This document shows positions 10,337-20,832 of a DNA stretch of 64,000 bases, piece by piece. The DNA is from an uncultured Verrucomicrobiae bacterium. GTDB lineage: Bacteria > Chlamydiota > Chlamydiia > Chlamydiales > Rhabdochlamydiaceae. Position 1 is the first letter of the stretch; the number at the start of each line of letters is the position of its first letter. The stretch lies in contig CAWEXY010000011.1 of assembly GCA_963813135.1 (NCBI GenBank), positions 160,001 to 224,000 on the forward strand, given 5' to 3'. The notes beneath the pieces are model-generated. The model worked only from the letters and a program-made list of their open reading frames with translations. It had not been told where the DNA came from and did no database searches. Made by a program: the position numbers and the translations under genes.

Positions 10337-11805
10337 CTTTTTCGAGTAAAAAGAGCCAGTTTTTTGCAGATCGCATCTTCGATCTGGCTCTTGTATTCTT
10401 CCGTAGACCCCACAAAACCATTCATCAAAATCACGACAGAGAGCGTTTCGTTATCGCGCGTCACAACGTAGCCCGTCAGACCCGTGATGCCCATCATCCC
10501 GCCTGTCTTCGCGCGGACACGCGATGCGATGGAGTTCATTCTATTTTTGAGCGTCCCATCGACCCCTGAAATAGGAAGAGAAGAGATCACCTCGTCCGAG
10601 AACTTAAAGTCACGGTAAAGCCAAGCGAGTAGATGAGAAAAGTTGTGGGGAGAAAGCAGGTCGTAACGCGACAGGCCCGAGCCATCGAGGATGATCAGGT
10701 CGCTGGGATCGAGGGCGGTCTCGCGGCGCAAAAATTCCCGCATCGCCATGGATCCTTTTTGCCAAGAGCCAGGAGGTCCGAGATAGGTAGCGGCCATGCG
10801 CTTGAAGAAGGAATCGGCATACATATTATCGGAGTTCTTCATCATAGGGTACAGAAGCTGGCTGAGCGGCTCAGAATAGTGGGTAACGAGCAGCTGGGCT
10901 GTTTGCGGCGTGCGCAGAAGAATAACCTTGCCTCTCACAAGGATATTCTTTTCTTGGAGGAGGCATTTCAAGACTTCGCCGGCGTAGAGAGCAGGAGAAG
11001 GGACGGGAATGCGGATTTGCTGGAGGGGAAATTGTAGGGGCAGCTCTCCCGACAGGACTAGCGTGAGCTTTTGATTATCGACGCGCCGATCGACTTTGAA
11101 GGTATTTTTGGTCCCGGTGCTGGCTTGCGAATCGACATGAACGTTCGAAAGAGGCGGGTCAAGAACAAAAGAAGGAGGAAGGTCCGCCCTTTTCCCAGGA
11201 GTTACATAGATCGAGATAGTGCTGTGATCAACCGTAAGTCCATCGCTCGGGGAGTTCCAATACGCGGGCGGTTCATCCCACATCCATCCCGGCCCCTGCC
11301 AGAAAGGGTCGAAGACCGTATTATCGACAAAAATGTCTTGCACATCGAAAGCGCCTTGGAGGATGAGATCGCGGATCATCTGCCGAAGATCGTCTTGAGA
11401 AAGCGAGGGGTCGCCCGAGCCTTGGAGATAGAGATTTCCTTCCGTGTCGCGGTAGAGTTTTGTCTCGAAGCGGTAATCGACGCCGAGGATGCCCGCAGCA
11501 GCAGCAGCGGTGAAAAGCTTGAGGGTGCTGGCGGGGATGAAAAGCTGGTCGTTATTTTTTTTATAGAGGACTTCGCGGTTTTTCATGGACACGACTTCGA
11601 TCCCTACGTGCACGTTAGGATCGACGGCGGTGATAATTTCGTCGATCGCGCTCCGCAAATCGGTGAGCGGCGTCGCCTGGAGCGTGCCTAATGTAAAAAA
11701 AACAAAAGCGAAGATTTTTAACGCAAAGGCGCAAAGAACCTCAGCGCCTTTGCGCCTTTGCGTTAAAAATCTCTCTTGTTTCTCAGCGATCTCGGTGATC
11801 AACAT
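10333..11805 (-). CDS. dacB: D-Ala-D-Ala carboxypeptidase/endopeptidase (PBP4, peptidase S13)
   Basis: SxxK (PASTLK), GSGDP, SDN, DGSGLSR, KTG. Confidence 0.92.
   Translation of the reverse strand: MLITEIAEKQERFLTQRRKGAEVLCAFALKIFAFVFFTLGTLQATPLTDLRSAIDEIITAVDPNVHVGIEVVSMKNREVLYKKNNDQLFIPASTLKLFTAAAAAGILGVDYRFETKLYRDTEGNLYLQGSGDPSLSQDDLRQMIRDLILQGAFDVQDIFVDNTVFDPFWQGPGWMWDEPPAYWNSPSDGLTVDHSTISIYVTPGKRADLPPSFVLDPPLSNVHVDSQASTGTKNTFKVDRRVDNQKLTLVLSGELPLQFPLQQIRIPVPSPALYAGEVLKCLLQEKNILVRGKVILLRTPQTAQLLVTHYSEPLSQLLYPMMKNSDNMYADSFFKRMAATYLGPPGSWQKGSMAMREFLRRETALDPSDLIILDGSGLSRYDLLSPHNFSHLLAWLYRDFKFSDEVISSLPISGVDGTLKNRMNSIASRVRAKTGGMMGITGLTGYVVTRDNETLSVVILMNGFVGSTEEYKSQIEDAICKKLALFTRKS
11712..11772. 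repeat. REP-like palindrome inside the dacB 5' coding region
   Basis: Perfect 25-bp inverted repeat AGATTTTTAACGCAAAGGCGCAAAG / CTTTGCGCCTTTGCGTTAAAAATCT with an 11-nt loop. Related copy at 41409-41456. Confidence 0.9.
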
Positions 11806-11808
11806 TTC

Positions 11809-13113
11809 TCAATCTCTTTTTTGTAATCTGGCACGAAGTCCCGATATTTTTCTAGAGTGGGATAAGATTGTTTGCCGAATCACTTGAGGATCTCCGCTAA
11901 TCGTGACGCTGTTGCGGGCCCTTGTGATCGCGGTATAAAGGACCTCGCGGCCAAATACCTCCGAACCAGGAGGCGCGAGAACAGAGACATGATCGAACTC
12001 GCTTCCTTGGCTTTTGTGCACGGATAGCGCGTAGGCATATTCGTAGGGAGGGAGGGCCTCCGCGTCAAAACGGCGCCCATCAGGAAATCGAGCGTAAAGC
12101 GGCTTGACTTTGCTTCGAACGAGCAGGCCGGTCTCGCCATTATAAAGGCCTTTATCGTAATCGGTGCGGGTGATCAAAATGGGCATCGCCGCCTCTTCAC
12201 CGCTTTTAAGACGGCCTATGACGCGCGCAGCGATCTGGTGGTTGAGGGTGCTGACGCCTTCCGATCCTTTTTTGAGGCAGGAAAGGATCGTGGCATTTTC
12301 GCGTGTTGGGTCGAAGGGCGTCAAGGCAGCGAGGATAGGCTCGGGATCGCCGCGGCGGACAGCATCCGCCAGGCTTAAAATTTGGACTTGGTCGCTCCGG
12401 AACGAGCGGGTAAGACGCGCTGTGGGAACATTGTCGACAAGATCCGCGAAAATACTTCCTGCGCCCACGGAAGGAAGCTGATCGGCATCGCCGAGGAAGA
12501 CGACGCGCGTCCCTGTTTGGATGGAGGCTAGTAAAAAAGCGAAAAGGGAAAGGTCGATCATCGAAGACTCGTCGACGATAAGGAGATCGGCTTTGAGGTA
12601 GGAGCCTTCTTGCGAAAGGTCGCGCGCCGAGCGGATGCCGAGCACGAAGTGGAGCGTTCCGCAGAGGGCGTCGGGGCGGACGGATTGCAGGCGGGCGGCG
12701 GCTTTACCGGTGGGCGCTGCCAGAATGACACGGCCGGGGATCGCTTTAGCCAGCATGCGCGCGACGTGGGTTTTTCCGGTGCCAGGCCCGCCGGTGATGA
12801 GCGAGACAGGATGGGAGAGAGCGAGGGCGACGGCATTTTGTTGTTCAACAGACAAGTCGGAAGCAGCGGAAGAGAGCGTTGGGAGGGGAGATTGGAGGCG
12901 GGCGAGATGGTCGAGAATGCGCGTCTCGAGCACCCAATGGCGCTGTGGATAAAGATAGGAACCCCATCGATGTAAAAGGGGATGGGAAACAGATGCGTCG
13001 GCCTCGATACAGACATGGCCCTCTTGGAGAGCGGACAGCAGATCGGCAGCTGCTTTGGGCTCAATCTCAGCGAGGCTCGATAGTATAGACGGCAGGTCCT
13101 CGGACGAAGACAT
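11809..13113 (-). CDS. recD: Exodeoxyribonuclease V alpha subunit
   Basis: ITGGPGTGKT, AAPTGKAAARL, VDESSM, GDADQLPSV, SVHKSQGSEF, YTAITRAR. GGAGG lies 8 nt before ATG 13113. Confidence 0.92.
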   Translation of the reverse strand: MSSSEDLPSILSSLAEIEPKAAADLLSALQEGHVCIEADASVSHPLLHRWGSYLYPQRHWVLETRILDHLARLQSPLPTLSSAASDLSVEQQNAVALALSHPVSLITGGPGTGKTHVARMLAKAIPGRVILAAPTGKAAARLQSVRPDALCGTLHFVLGIRSARDLSQEGSYLKADLLIVDESSMIDLSLFAFLLASIQTGTRVVFLGDADQLPSVGAGSIFADLVDNVPTARLTRSFRSDQVQILSLADAVRRGDPEPILAALTPFDPTRENATILSCLKKGSEGVSTLNHQIAARVIGRLKSGEEAAMPILITRTDYDKGLYNGETGLLVRSKVKPLYARFPDGRRFDAEALPPYEYAYALSVHKSQGSEFDHVSVLAPPGSEVFGREVLYTAITRARNSVTISGDPQVIRQTILSHSRKISGLRARLQKRD

Positions 13114-15763
13114 ACAGCGCACCTCCAATTTTTTCTTTTAAATACCGCTCCATAGCGTCGGTGTAGATCGATGCCTGGAGAAAATAATCACCGTTGTTCA
13201 TCTCCGCTTCTAAGCTAGGGAAAGAGTAGTCGGAAAGCCAGTTAGTTTTCCAGTCGACGATGTAATATTTGCCTTCGCGCTCAAAGCACAGATCGATAAA
13301 TCCTTTCATCACGCCGCCCATGTGGGGGAATAAAAACTCGACTTCGCTGATCTTGGCTGCCTTGTCTAGACCTTGAAGCTCAGGAAGCGCCAGAGTTTTT
13401 TCGACAAGAGAGATGATCTCATTTTCCCAAGGCTCGAGAAGGGTGCCCGCGATTTCTTGGCGGACGAGGGGGCGCAGGGGCATAGAAAAGGCTCGTTCGA
13501 AAATTTTATGGATGATCACGCCTGTCTCAGCGCCTGCGGGAAGGATATTTTCGGGAATTTGCTTGGGGGAGAGAGTTTTTTGCGAAAGGGCCGAAAAGGA
13601 AAAGAGGAAAGACGGCGTGTTGTGCAAAAGGGGGAGCTCGAGTTTTTTTTCTTCGCGCGCAGGCCACGGCTGAAGATGGAGCGGCGTCTCTGCGAGGACG
13701 ATGTGCGGAAAGCGGCTGAGATCGGGGGACGTCTTGGCCCAAAACTTCTCTATGGGCGATTTGCCCTCGCTAGAAAGGGGCAGAGGCACATAAAGACGGG
13801 TTTTGGCGCGCGTCATCCCCACATATAGCTGACGCATTTTTTCGGCCTCGATCTCTTCGGAATCTTCATCGTGCGAGGGTGCGGCCAGGCCCAAGGCAAA
13901 AACGGTGTCGAACTCGAGGCCTTTGCTCGCATGGATGGTTAAAATTTGCACGCCGTGAGAGGCGCTGGGCAGCCTTTCTTCAAGGCCGATCTTGGAAAAG
14001 AGGTCGAGCATGGGCAGGAGCTGGGCGCTATCGGGCTGCAGGGAGAGCTTTTCGGCGATGGCGTCGAGCGTTTCATCGCGGCCTAAAAAGGGAGCATAGA
14101 AAGCGGCAAAGCCTAAGGCGAGAAGAGTTTTGTGCATCTCAAAGAAGGACTCCCGCGCAAGCCCCTCGGAGAGGGGGCCGAGCAGAGCTTTTTTAACCGC
14201 ATTGATATCGAGAGGGTCGAGGACCGCCGCTAAAAAATCCCGCATCGAAGGAATCATCGCGAGCGCTTCTTTCCTTTGCTGAGAAGAAGGGATATTCCAT
14301 GTGGCTAAAAATTGCTGGACGCGGCGCGCTTGGAATCGGTCCTTCACTAAGATCGCGATATGCTCCAAGGGAAGCTGTAATTTGGTGATCTCATGGACGG
14401 CGAAGGAAAGATAAGCATTTTCTTCTTCGCCGATCAAAAAGAGAAGATGGCCTTCGCCTTCTTTGGCGGCGCGGGAAGGAGGAATAGAGAGGGTCGTGTT
14501 CCACTTAGGCAGGTCCATCCACTCTTTGCCTGCAAATAGATCGTTGAGGGCAGAGACGAGGCCTTGCTCTGAACGATAATTGGTATCAAGAAAAGCATGC
14601 GCTGCAGGCCCCATGGTCTTTCCCGCTTCAAGAAAGGTGTAGACATCGGCCTTGCGGAAGGCATAGATCGATTGTTTGGGATCGCCGACCAAATAAAAGG
14701 CTTCGAGGTTCGCTAAGCTAAACAGCGTATCAAAAATCTCCCATTGGACCGGATCGGTATCTTGGAATTCATCGATGACGACAGCGCGGTACCGCTTTTG
14801 CACTTGGACCAGAAAGGAAGGGGTTTTTAGCGCTTCTTGAACGCGAAGAAGGAGATCGTCGGGAGAAATCACTTCCTTGGAGCGGCGATATTCCTCAAAG
14901 TCGGCGGAAAGACGGCGCTGAAGTTTTTTGTAATGCGCAGATTCATCCCAGAGAGGGAAAAGAACATCGTGCAGCTCTTCTAAGCGCAAGAGGGGCGTGC
15001 TCTTCACTTTGCGGTTATCGGCCGCAGTGTACTGCAAAAAAAATGGTTTGCAGCGAAGAAGCAGATCCCATTCTTTTTCAAGCGCGTGCTGTTTTTGGAC
15101 CATCGCATCCAACATCTTGGCTTGGTTTTCAAAATCGGGGTCGGTGATGCGCCGGTAGTTTTTAGAGGCGAGCGAAAAGTCGCTCAAGACAGAAAAGGGA
15201 GAGATTTTTTTTAGCGCTTCATTCCATTTTGCAAAGCTTTCCATAAAATCAAGAGAGGGAACAGGCGGAGTTTTGAGCACTTGCGTTCGCAAAAGATCGA
15301 GATCGCTGCGGGCAGAGCGGACGAGTGTTTCGATTTGGCTGGCGCTGTAGCGCCCGGAGGAAAATATGTGCTCTAAAAAAAGATCGAATGCCTCCTTTTC
15401 TTCTTCCGGAGTCCACTGGGCCAGATCGAACCCAGCTCCCGCTTCAAAAGCAAGCTCGGATAGGATTTTCTGGCAAAAGCCATGGATGGTAAAGATCTGC
15501 GCCTCATCAAAAAGAAGGAGGCCTTTTTGCACCTTTTTCTCTGTTCTTTTCTCTAGAGCCGCGCGAATCCGCATTTTGAGCTCGCGCGTCGCCGCGCGCG
15601 TGAACGTCACGACGAGGATCTCCGGCAGCTGCACATCGGTCTCCAACAGAAGACGAACAAAAAGATGCTCAATGGCAAATGTTTTTCCGGTGCCGGCCGA
15701 CGCTTCTAAGAACCGTTTTCCTAAGATGGGCGTCGCGGGATCTAAAATATCAAATCTCTGCAT
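13067..15763 (-). CDS. recB: Exodeoxyribonuclease V beta subunit
   Basis: EASAGTGKT, VTFTRAAT, IDEFQDTD, GDPKQSIYAFR, YVGMTRA, nuclease motif GFIDL...DWKTN. Confidence 0.95.
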   Translation of the reverse strand: MQRFDILDPATPILGKRFLEASAGTGKTFAIEHLFVRLLLETDVQLPEILVVTFTRAATRELKMRIRAALEKRTEKKVQKGLLLFDEAQIFTIHGFCQKILSELAFEAGAGFDLAQWTPEEEKEAFDLFLEHIFSSGRYSASQIETLVRSARSDLDLLRTQVLKTPPVPSLDFMESFAKWNEALKKISPFSVLSDFSLASKNYRRITDPDFENQAKMLDAMVQKQHALEKEWDLLLRCKPFFLQYTAADNRKVKSTPLLRLEELHDVLFPLWDESAHYKKLQRRLSADFEEYRRSKEVISPDDLLLRVQEALKTPSFLVQVQKRYRAVVIDEFQDTDPVQWEIFDTLFSLANLEAFYLVGDPKQSIYAFRKADVYTFLEAGKTMGPAAHAFLDTNYRSEQGLVSALNDLFAGKEWMDLPKWNTTLSIPPSRAAKEGEGHLLFLIGEEENAYLSFAVHEITKLQLPLEHIAILVKDRFQARRVQQFLATWNIPSSQQRKEALAMIPSMRDFLAAVLDPLDINAVKKALLGPLSEGLARESFFEMHKTLLALGFAAFYAPFLGRDETLDAIAEKLSLQPDSAQLLPMLDLFSKIGLEERLPSASHGVQILTIHASKGLEFDTVFALGLAAPSHDEDSEEIEAEKMRQLYVGMTRAKTRLYVPLPLSSEGKSPIEKFWAKTSPDLSRFPHIVLAETPLHLQPWPAREEKKLELPLLHNTPSFLFSFSALSQKTLSPKQIPENILPAGAETGVIIHKIFERAFSMPLRPLVRQEIAGTLLEPWENEIISLVEKTLALPELQGLDKAAKISEVEFLFPHMGGVMKGFIDLCFEREGKYYIVDWKTNWLSDYSFPSLEAEMNNGDYFLQASIYTDAMERYLKEKIGGALYVFVRGPAVYTIEPR

Positions 15764-18413
15764 CGAACACCTCCCTTAAGAACGGCTGCCACTGTTTAAC
15801 ATCGGGCCATTCAAAATGATCGAGGAACCAATCGACGATCGGATCGTCCTCTATCTTGATCTCCTCGCCGGATAGAATATTTTTCGCAATGCGCGGTAGA
15901 AAAGGAGACGGCTTTTGCATCGCTTGCATGTAATAAGATAGGTAGCGCTTCAGAGAAGCGGCAGGGTCCGGAAAAAGAGCAGCCTTTTGTGCGCCATCCC
16001 GGGTCAGCAGCAGCTGGCGTGGGACCTCTAGTGGCAAATGATGGAGCAAGAGGAGAAGCGGCCATGCTTTGAGAAGATCGGGATACGTAAGGCCGCCGGA
16101 AAACAAAAGTCCTTTCGATGTCAGATCATTGATCTTTCCCACGATGGTAATATCGGAGATTTTCAAAGCGGGAACGATCCACTCGGTTTCCGACTTTTGG
16201 ACCGCCGCATCGCATCCGGCACGCATATCGACAGAGAATATCTCGTTAACTCCCCACATGCGGAGCATCTTTTGAAAATCCTCGATCTCTTCAGTGACTT
16301 TGCGCGTACACATCTCTTGAAAGGGAGGAAAAGGCAGTTTTCCTTTCGTTTGCATGCGATGCACGATCTCGGGCGCGCTTTGTTTAAGAGAAGAGCGGCG
16401 CGCCTGGGCCAGATCGTAATGCGAGACAAAGGAGGACGAAGAGGAGTCAAAATAGAGCCCCAAACTGCGCTGGAGATAAAATTCGATGGGATGCCGCGCC
16501 AAGAGGCGAAGATGCCGCACATCGATGGTGTGGGAGGGAGCTGTCTCGGGAAGCTCTCTTTTAGCCATCTTGGCAGGATAAGGACGCGGGCTATGCTTCG
16601 TGATCTTGACTTGCGGAAGCATTTTACAAAGTTCGGCGAGCACAATGGACGGCGGCACTTCTTTACCATCGTCGACATCGATGCAGGTATACGTGAAGAT
16701 CAGTTTATCCTTGGCCGTTAGGAGAAGCTGCAGAAAAAGATACCGGTCCAGTTCGCTGTGGCTGGGCCTGTATTTTTCATCGGCGAGAGCGAGCGAACTA
16801 TTTTTTTCTTTGCGTGGAAATTTTCCCTCCTCCATTCCCATCACGATGATCACCGATGTCGCCATCACAGGGCACAGCGAGGCAAAGCGGACAGCATTGA
16901 GGTGCGATGCTTGAAAGACTCCGAACTTGCGATGGATCATGTCTTCTACCGCGCGCCGGACGCTAGTCCAAGAAAAAAGTCCCGCTTCTATTTTGGCCGC
17001 CGCGCGCAAGTACCGCATCAGCGGTTCATCTTCTTGATCCACAACAAACAATGTGGAGACCATCTCTTGTAAAAACACCATCCACTCCGCAACCATTTTC
17101 GTTTGGTTTTCAATGAGCGGCGTGAGGAATTTTTCGAGCAGCCCCGTTACCTCGCGCCACTTAGCGAGCAGCTCAAGGTCTTCCATATCTAAGGAAGGAT
17201 CGTCGCTTTCGGGCGCGGCGAGGATCGCCGTCAGCGCACGCGCAAAAAAAGAGTTCCAAGGCAATCGGACCTCGTCGCTCCACTTTTGGATTTTTTCAAC
17301 ATCGGCGGCATCCAGCGAAAACTTTTGGAGGAACGGAGTGCAGGAGAGGAGGGACTTGACGCTAGAAGGGGCTAATCGATGTTCCACGATATGAAGAAGG
17401 GCCCGGACGCCGGGCGCCACACTGCTGTCGGCATCGAGCGGAAGATCATAAATCGCATAATCGCACCGTCCTGCAAATACCATATGGATATAAGGTGCGT
17501 ATTCCGCCATATCGGGCGCTAAAACGACAATTTCGGACAGCGGAACTTTGAGCTGGGAAATCCGCTCAAGAACGATCTCGACTTCGCGCCTTTTGCTCCT
17601 TGCCGCGTGGATCTCTATCCCTTCTTGGGTTTCGCGAGGCAGCGGAGATAGATCGAGAAGGCTTTTTTGGATTTGGGAGAGCAGCGACTTTTTTTTAGGA
17701 GCCGCATAACGACTGACGCCTTCAGCGGAAATAGATTTTTCAAACTCCCTTCCCGCCTTGCCAAAATGCGTGAGAAGCGGATGCTGCGCCTCAAAATATT
17801 CTTCGAGGTGCGGCAAGAAAAGCTGCTCTTTGGGCGCTAACACATCTCCCCAATAATGCTGGGAGGGAGATAGCGCAAATAATGCCGCTGCTTCGCGCTG
17901 AAAAAAATCTCGGAAGCGCGGCGGCAAAAACGGAGGATAGAATAAGAACAGGTGATCATCGCTTTTTCTTTCTGCCACCTGCGGCCACACTTTTTCCCAA
18001 AGCTGCTGCTGCCATCCTTCCACTTTTCCATCGTAGGCAAAATAGCGGAGAAAAAGTTCACTTAAGTGATCGCAAAAAGAAAGATAGCGCTCCTGCCCGA
18101 TCCCTTCCAAAAATTGCTGCAGCTGCGGATCGTCTATCGTTAAAAGACAATTTTCAATTTTGAGCGATAGTTCAAGTTTGGAGGGCAATCCCGGGAAAAA
18201 TTCAGCGAGCGCGTGCGGCATCTCCAGAAATCTAACAGCGCAGACAACCTTTAATTTAGGATCATGCGCCCAGCGCATCTGTAAAGAATGTTTCACTTGA
18301 GCGCTAGGAACAATTACCGTGCGCGCGCTCAAGGGGTGCAGGCCGGCGCAAAAAAGAATATCGCGCAAACTGTCGGCCAAAACATCAATAGAGTTACTGA
18401 AAAAGGGTTTCAT
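15750..18413 (-). CDS. recC: Exodeoxyribonuclease V gamma subunit
   Basis: IVPS, SPSQHYWGD, HPLL..FGK.GR, REVE, GMEEGKFPR, DRYLFLQ. First gene of the recC-recB-recD operon. Confidence 0.9.
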   Translation of the reverse strand: MKPFFSNSIDVLADSLRDILFCAGLHPLSARTVIVPSAQVKHSLQMRWAHDPKLKVVCAVRFLEMPHALAEFFPGLPSKLELSLKIENCLLTIDDPQLQQFLEGIGQERYLSFCDHLSELFLRYFAYDGKVEGWQQQLWEKVWPQVAERKSDDHLFLFYPPFLPPRFRDFFQREAAALFALSPSQHYWGDVLAPKEQLFLPHLEEYFEAQHPLLTHFGKAGREFEKSISAEGVSRYAAPKKKSLLSQIQKSLLDLSPLPRETQEGIEIHAARSKRREVEIVLERISQLKVPLSEIVVLAPDMAEYAPYIHMVFAGRCDYAIYDLPLDADSSVAPGVRALLHIVEHRLAPSSVKSLLSCTPFLQKFSLDAADVEKIQKWSDEVRLPWNSFFARALTAILAAPESDDPSLDMEDLELLAKWREVTGLLEKFLTPLIENQTKMVAEWMVFLQEMVSTLFVVDQEDEPLMRYLRAAAKIEAGLFSWTSVRRAVEDMIHRKFGVFQASHLNAVRFASLCPVMATSVIIVMGMEEGKFPRKEKNSSLALADEKYRPSHSELDRYLFLQLLLTAKDKLIFTYTCIDVDDGKEVPPSIVLAELCKMLPQVKITKHSPRPYPAKMAKRELPETAPSHTIDVRHLRLLARHPIEFYLQRSLGLYFDSSSSSFVSHYDLAQARRSSLKQSAPEIVHRMQTKGKLPFPPFQEMCTRKVTEEIEDFQKMLRMWGVNEIFSVDMRAGCDAAVQKSETEWIVPALKISDITIVGKINDLTSKGLLFSGGLTYPDLLKAWPLLLLLHHLPLEVPRQLLLTRDGAQKAALFPDPAASLKRYLSYYMQAMQKPSPFLPRIAKNILSGEEIKIEDDPIVDWFLDHFEWPDVKQWQPFLREVFDAEI

Positions 18414-18433
18414 GGCTAGAATGCACATTATAT

Positions 18434-20164
18434 ATGAAAAACATTGGACGATCCATCTTTGCCTCGCTCCGCCAGTTTTTTTTCAAGCTTCCGGGCTTTT
18501 CTAAGATGGACACCCATTCGATTTATTTTCTCAACGGCGCCCAATTTTGCGGCGTTCTTAATGATAATATCTTTAAACTCGTCATCGCCTATCTCTTGAT
18601 CGAAGCGCAAGGGCAGCGCAGCGCCAGCGCGATTATGTCGACCGCGGGAGCGATTTTCGTCATTCCCTTTCTCCTTTTTTCTCCGGCCGCCGGCGTCTTG
18701 GCCGACCGGTTCAGCAAGCAGCGGTTGCTAGTGGGCATGAAAGTCATCGAGATGCTCATCATGCTCCTTGCCATGGTGGCCTTTGCTTTTAAAAGCGCCT
18801 GGGGAAGCTATACCCTCCTCTTCCTGCTCTCTACCCACAGCGCTGTTTTCGGCCCTTCCAAGTATGCGATCATCTCCCAACTAGTGCCCCCCGATCGTAT
18901 TTCAAGAGCCAACGGCATCATCACGTCTTTTACCTATTTAGGGATGATCCTGGGAACATTCCTCGCTTCCTTCCTCACCGAACTGACGAATCGCAATTTC
19001 GTTCTCGTCGCGGGCTGTTGTTTTTTAATTGCAGCTGCGGGGTTCATCAGCACGTTTGGCATCCGCCACACACCACCCCAAGGAACCGAAAAAAAGCTCC
19101 ACCTTTTTTTTATCAAAGAAATTTGGAACACGCTCGTTTTCTGCAAGAGCCGCAATCATCTTCTCCTCGCCCTCACAGGATCCGCCTATTTTCTATTTAT
19201 TGGCGCTTTCACTCAGCTCAACATCATCCCCTTTGCCATCGAATCTCTGCACTTAAATGAGATCGCCGGCGGATATCTCTTTCTCTCCACCGCCATAGGG
19301 ATCGCCATCGGCGCCTATATCGCCGGCAAGGCCTCCAAAGCCCGCATCGAACTGGGCCTTGCCTGCTTGTCAGGCCTTGCCATTTCAGCGCTGCTCATCC
19401 TTCTCTCCTTTTTTGCAAACGACCTCTTCTCTGTCATCTCTCTTCTCATCTTCCTGGGCGTTTGCGGCGGCCTTTTTATTGTCCCCTTCGACACTTTTGT
19501 CCAGGTCTTTAGCCCCGATGAAAAACGGGGGCAGATCATCGCCGCCAGCAATTTCCTTAGCTTCACGGGCGTCCTCATCGCTTCCTTCGCCCTCTTTTTC
19601 TATTCAGAAGTCCTCACCATCTCCAACGCCGCGGGATTTACCGTCACGGGCGTCATCACTTTGCTTTTAGCGCTCTTCATGATCTCGCGCCTCTCCGATT
19701 ATTTTCTTCCCTATGTTTCCCGTATGTTCATCAAGCCCTTCTTTCGCGTCCGCACCGAAAATCTCGAATTCCTCGACGACAATCCGAGAGCCATTCTTGT
19801 CCTTAAAAAAGCCAGCTGGACAAAGGCTTTTCTTCTCCTAAGCGTAGCCCCCAAAACACACCTGCTTCTTCCCAATGGCCGGCGTCGAAGATTCCCTTGG
19901 TTGAACTGGGCGTTTTATTCCATTCACTTGATCCCCTCCGATGCCACTTATAAACCGCTTCTCGAAGCTGCTAAGGAAGTGGCCTCCGACACAGCGAACC
20001 CCTGCATTTTTGTCGACGAACAGACCGTCCCTGAAAGCCTCGGATCTCCCACATTCCTGAGCAATCTTTTTAAAATTTCGCCGCCTGTGCTTCTCTATGT
20101 CGATGTCGACTATGCGGGCCCCGGGACCACGATCCGATTTTCAAAAAATCTCTTAAGTTCCTAA
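18434..20164 (+). CDS. MFS transporter (LplT/Aas-like) with degenerate C-terminal domain
   Basis: QFCGVLNDNIFK, PFLLFSPAAGVLADRFSK, FGPSKYAII, ~12 TMs. Divergent from recC. Confidence 0.8.
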   Translation: MKNIGRSIFASLRQFFFKLPGFSKMDTHSIYFLNGAQFCGVLNDNIFKLVIAYLLIEAQGQRSASAIMSTAGAIFVIPFLLFSPAAGVLADRFSKQRLLVGMKVIEMLIMLLAMVAFAFKSAWGSYTLLFLLSTHSAVFGPSKYAIISQLVPPDRISRANGIITSFTYLGMILGTFLASFLTELTNRNFVLVAGCCFLIAAAGFISTFGIRHTPPQGTEKKLHLFFIKEIWNTLVFCKSRNHLLLALTGSAYFLFIGAFTQLNIIPFAIESLHLNEIAGGYLFLSTAIGIAIGAYIAGKASKARIELGLACLSGLAISALLILLSFFANDLFSVISLLIFLGVCGGLFIVPFDTFVQVFSPDEKRGQIIAASNFLSFTGVLIASFALFFYSEVLTISNAAGFTVTGVITLLLALFMISRLSDYFLPYVSRMFIKPFFRVRTENLEFLDDNPRAILVLKKASWTKAFLLLSVAPKTHLLLPNGRRRRFPWLNWAFYSIHLIPSDATYKPLLEAAKEVASDTANPCIFVDEQTVPESLGSPTFLSNLFKISPPVLLYVDVDYAGPGTTIRFSKNLLSS

Positions 20165-20208
20165 AATTCCTATTCTTTAAATACCCTCTTGGTTTACAAT
20201 CATGCCTC

Positions 20209-20799
20209 ATGAAAAGGTTAATATCCTCTGTAGTTTGTTTAGTTGTACTAGCCAGTTGCAGTTATGTGCCTGAGGATGTTCAGGTATCTTATCAGCCCGT
20301 TTTGCAAGCGGAACCCCTCGCTGAGGCCTCTGCTGTGAATGTCGACATACAAGTCGTCGACAATCGTAGAGACGGAAAGCGTGTCAGCCGCAAAAAAGAT
20401 GCTTACGGCATCGAACTCGCTTCTATTCGTTTAGAGGGTGATTTAACCTCAACGGTCTATGAAGCGATGAAAGCCGAACTTCAAAATTTAGGATTTCCCA
20501 TTGCTTCAGGAAATGTTGAAGTAGAAGTCGATATTCAAAAATTTTACAACGATTTCAAGCCCGGTTTCTTTTATGACCGCGGCATCTCTGAACTATTGCT
20601 AGGCGTCACCGTTAAGAAAAAAAATGGCCATATTATTTATTCTAAAAACATTGTTGGCATAGGCGAAGTTGGTGATGTCTGGAGGCATTCGGGCAAAAAT
20701 GCAAAAGTCGCTTTAGATTCGGCCTTGAAAGACGCTATAGAGAAAGTGCTCAGGGACCGTTCTTTTATACAAGCCTTGATCAAAAACTCTGAAGCCTAG
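20209..20799 (+). CDS. YajG-like lipoprotein
   Basis: Lipobox LASC, VVDNR, alpha/beta pattern of YajG-type lipoproteins. Confidence 0.65.
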   Translation: MKRLISSVVCLVVLASCSYVPEDVQVSYQPVLQAEPLAEASAVNVDIQVVDNRRDGKRVSRKKDAYGIELASIRLEGDLTSTVYEAMKAELQNLGFPIASGNVEVEVDIQKFYNDFKPGFFYDRGISELLLGVTVKKKNGHIIYSKNIVGIGEVGDVWRHSGKNAKVALDSALKDAIEKVLRDRSFIQALIKNSEA

Positions 20800-20832
20800 A
20801 ATTAAATTTGCATTTCCTGCTAAAGCAAGGAT

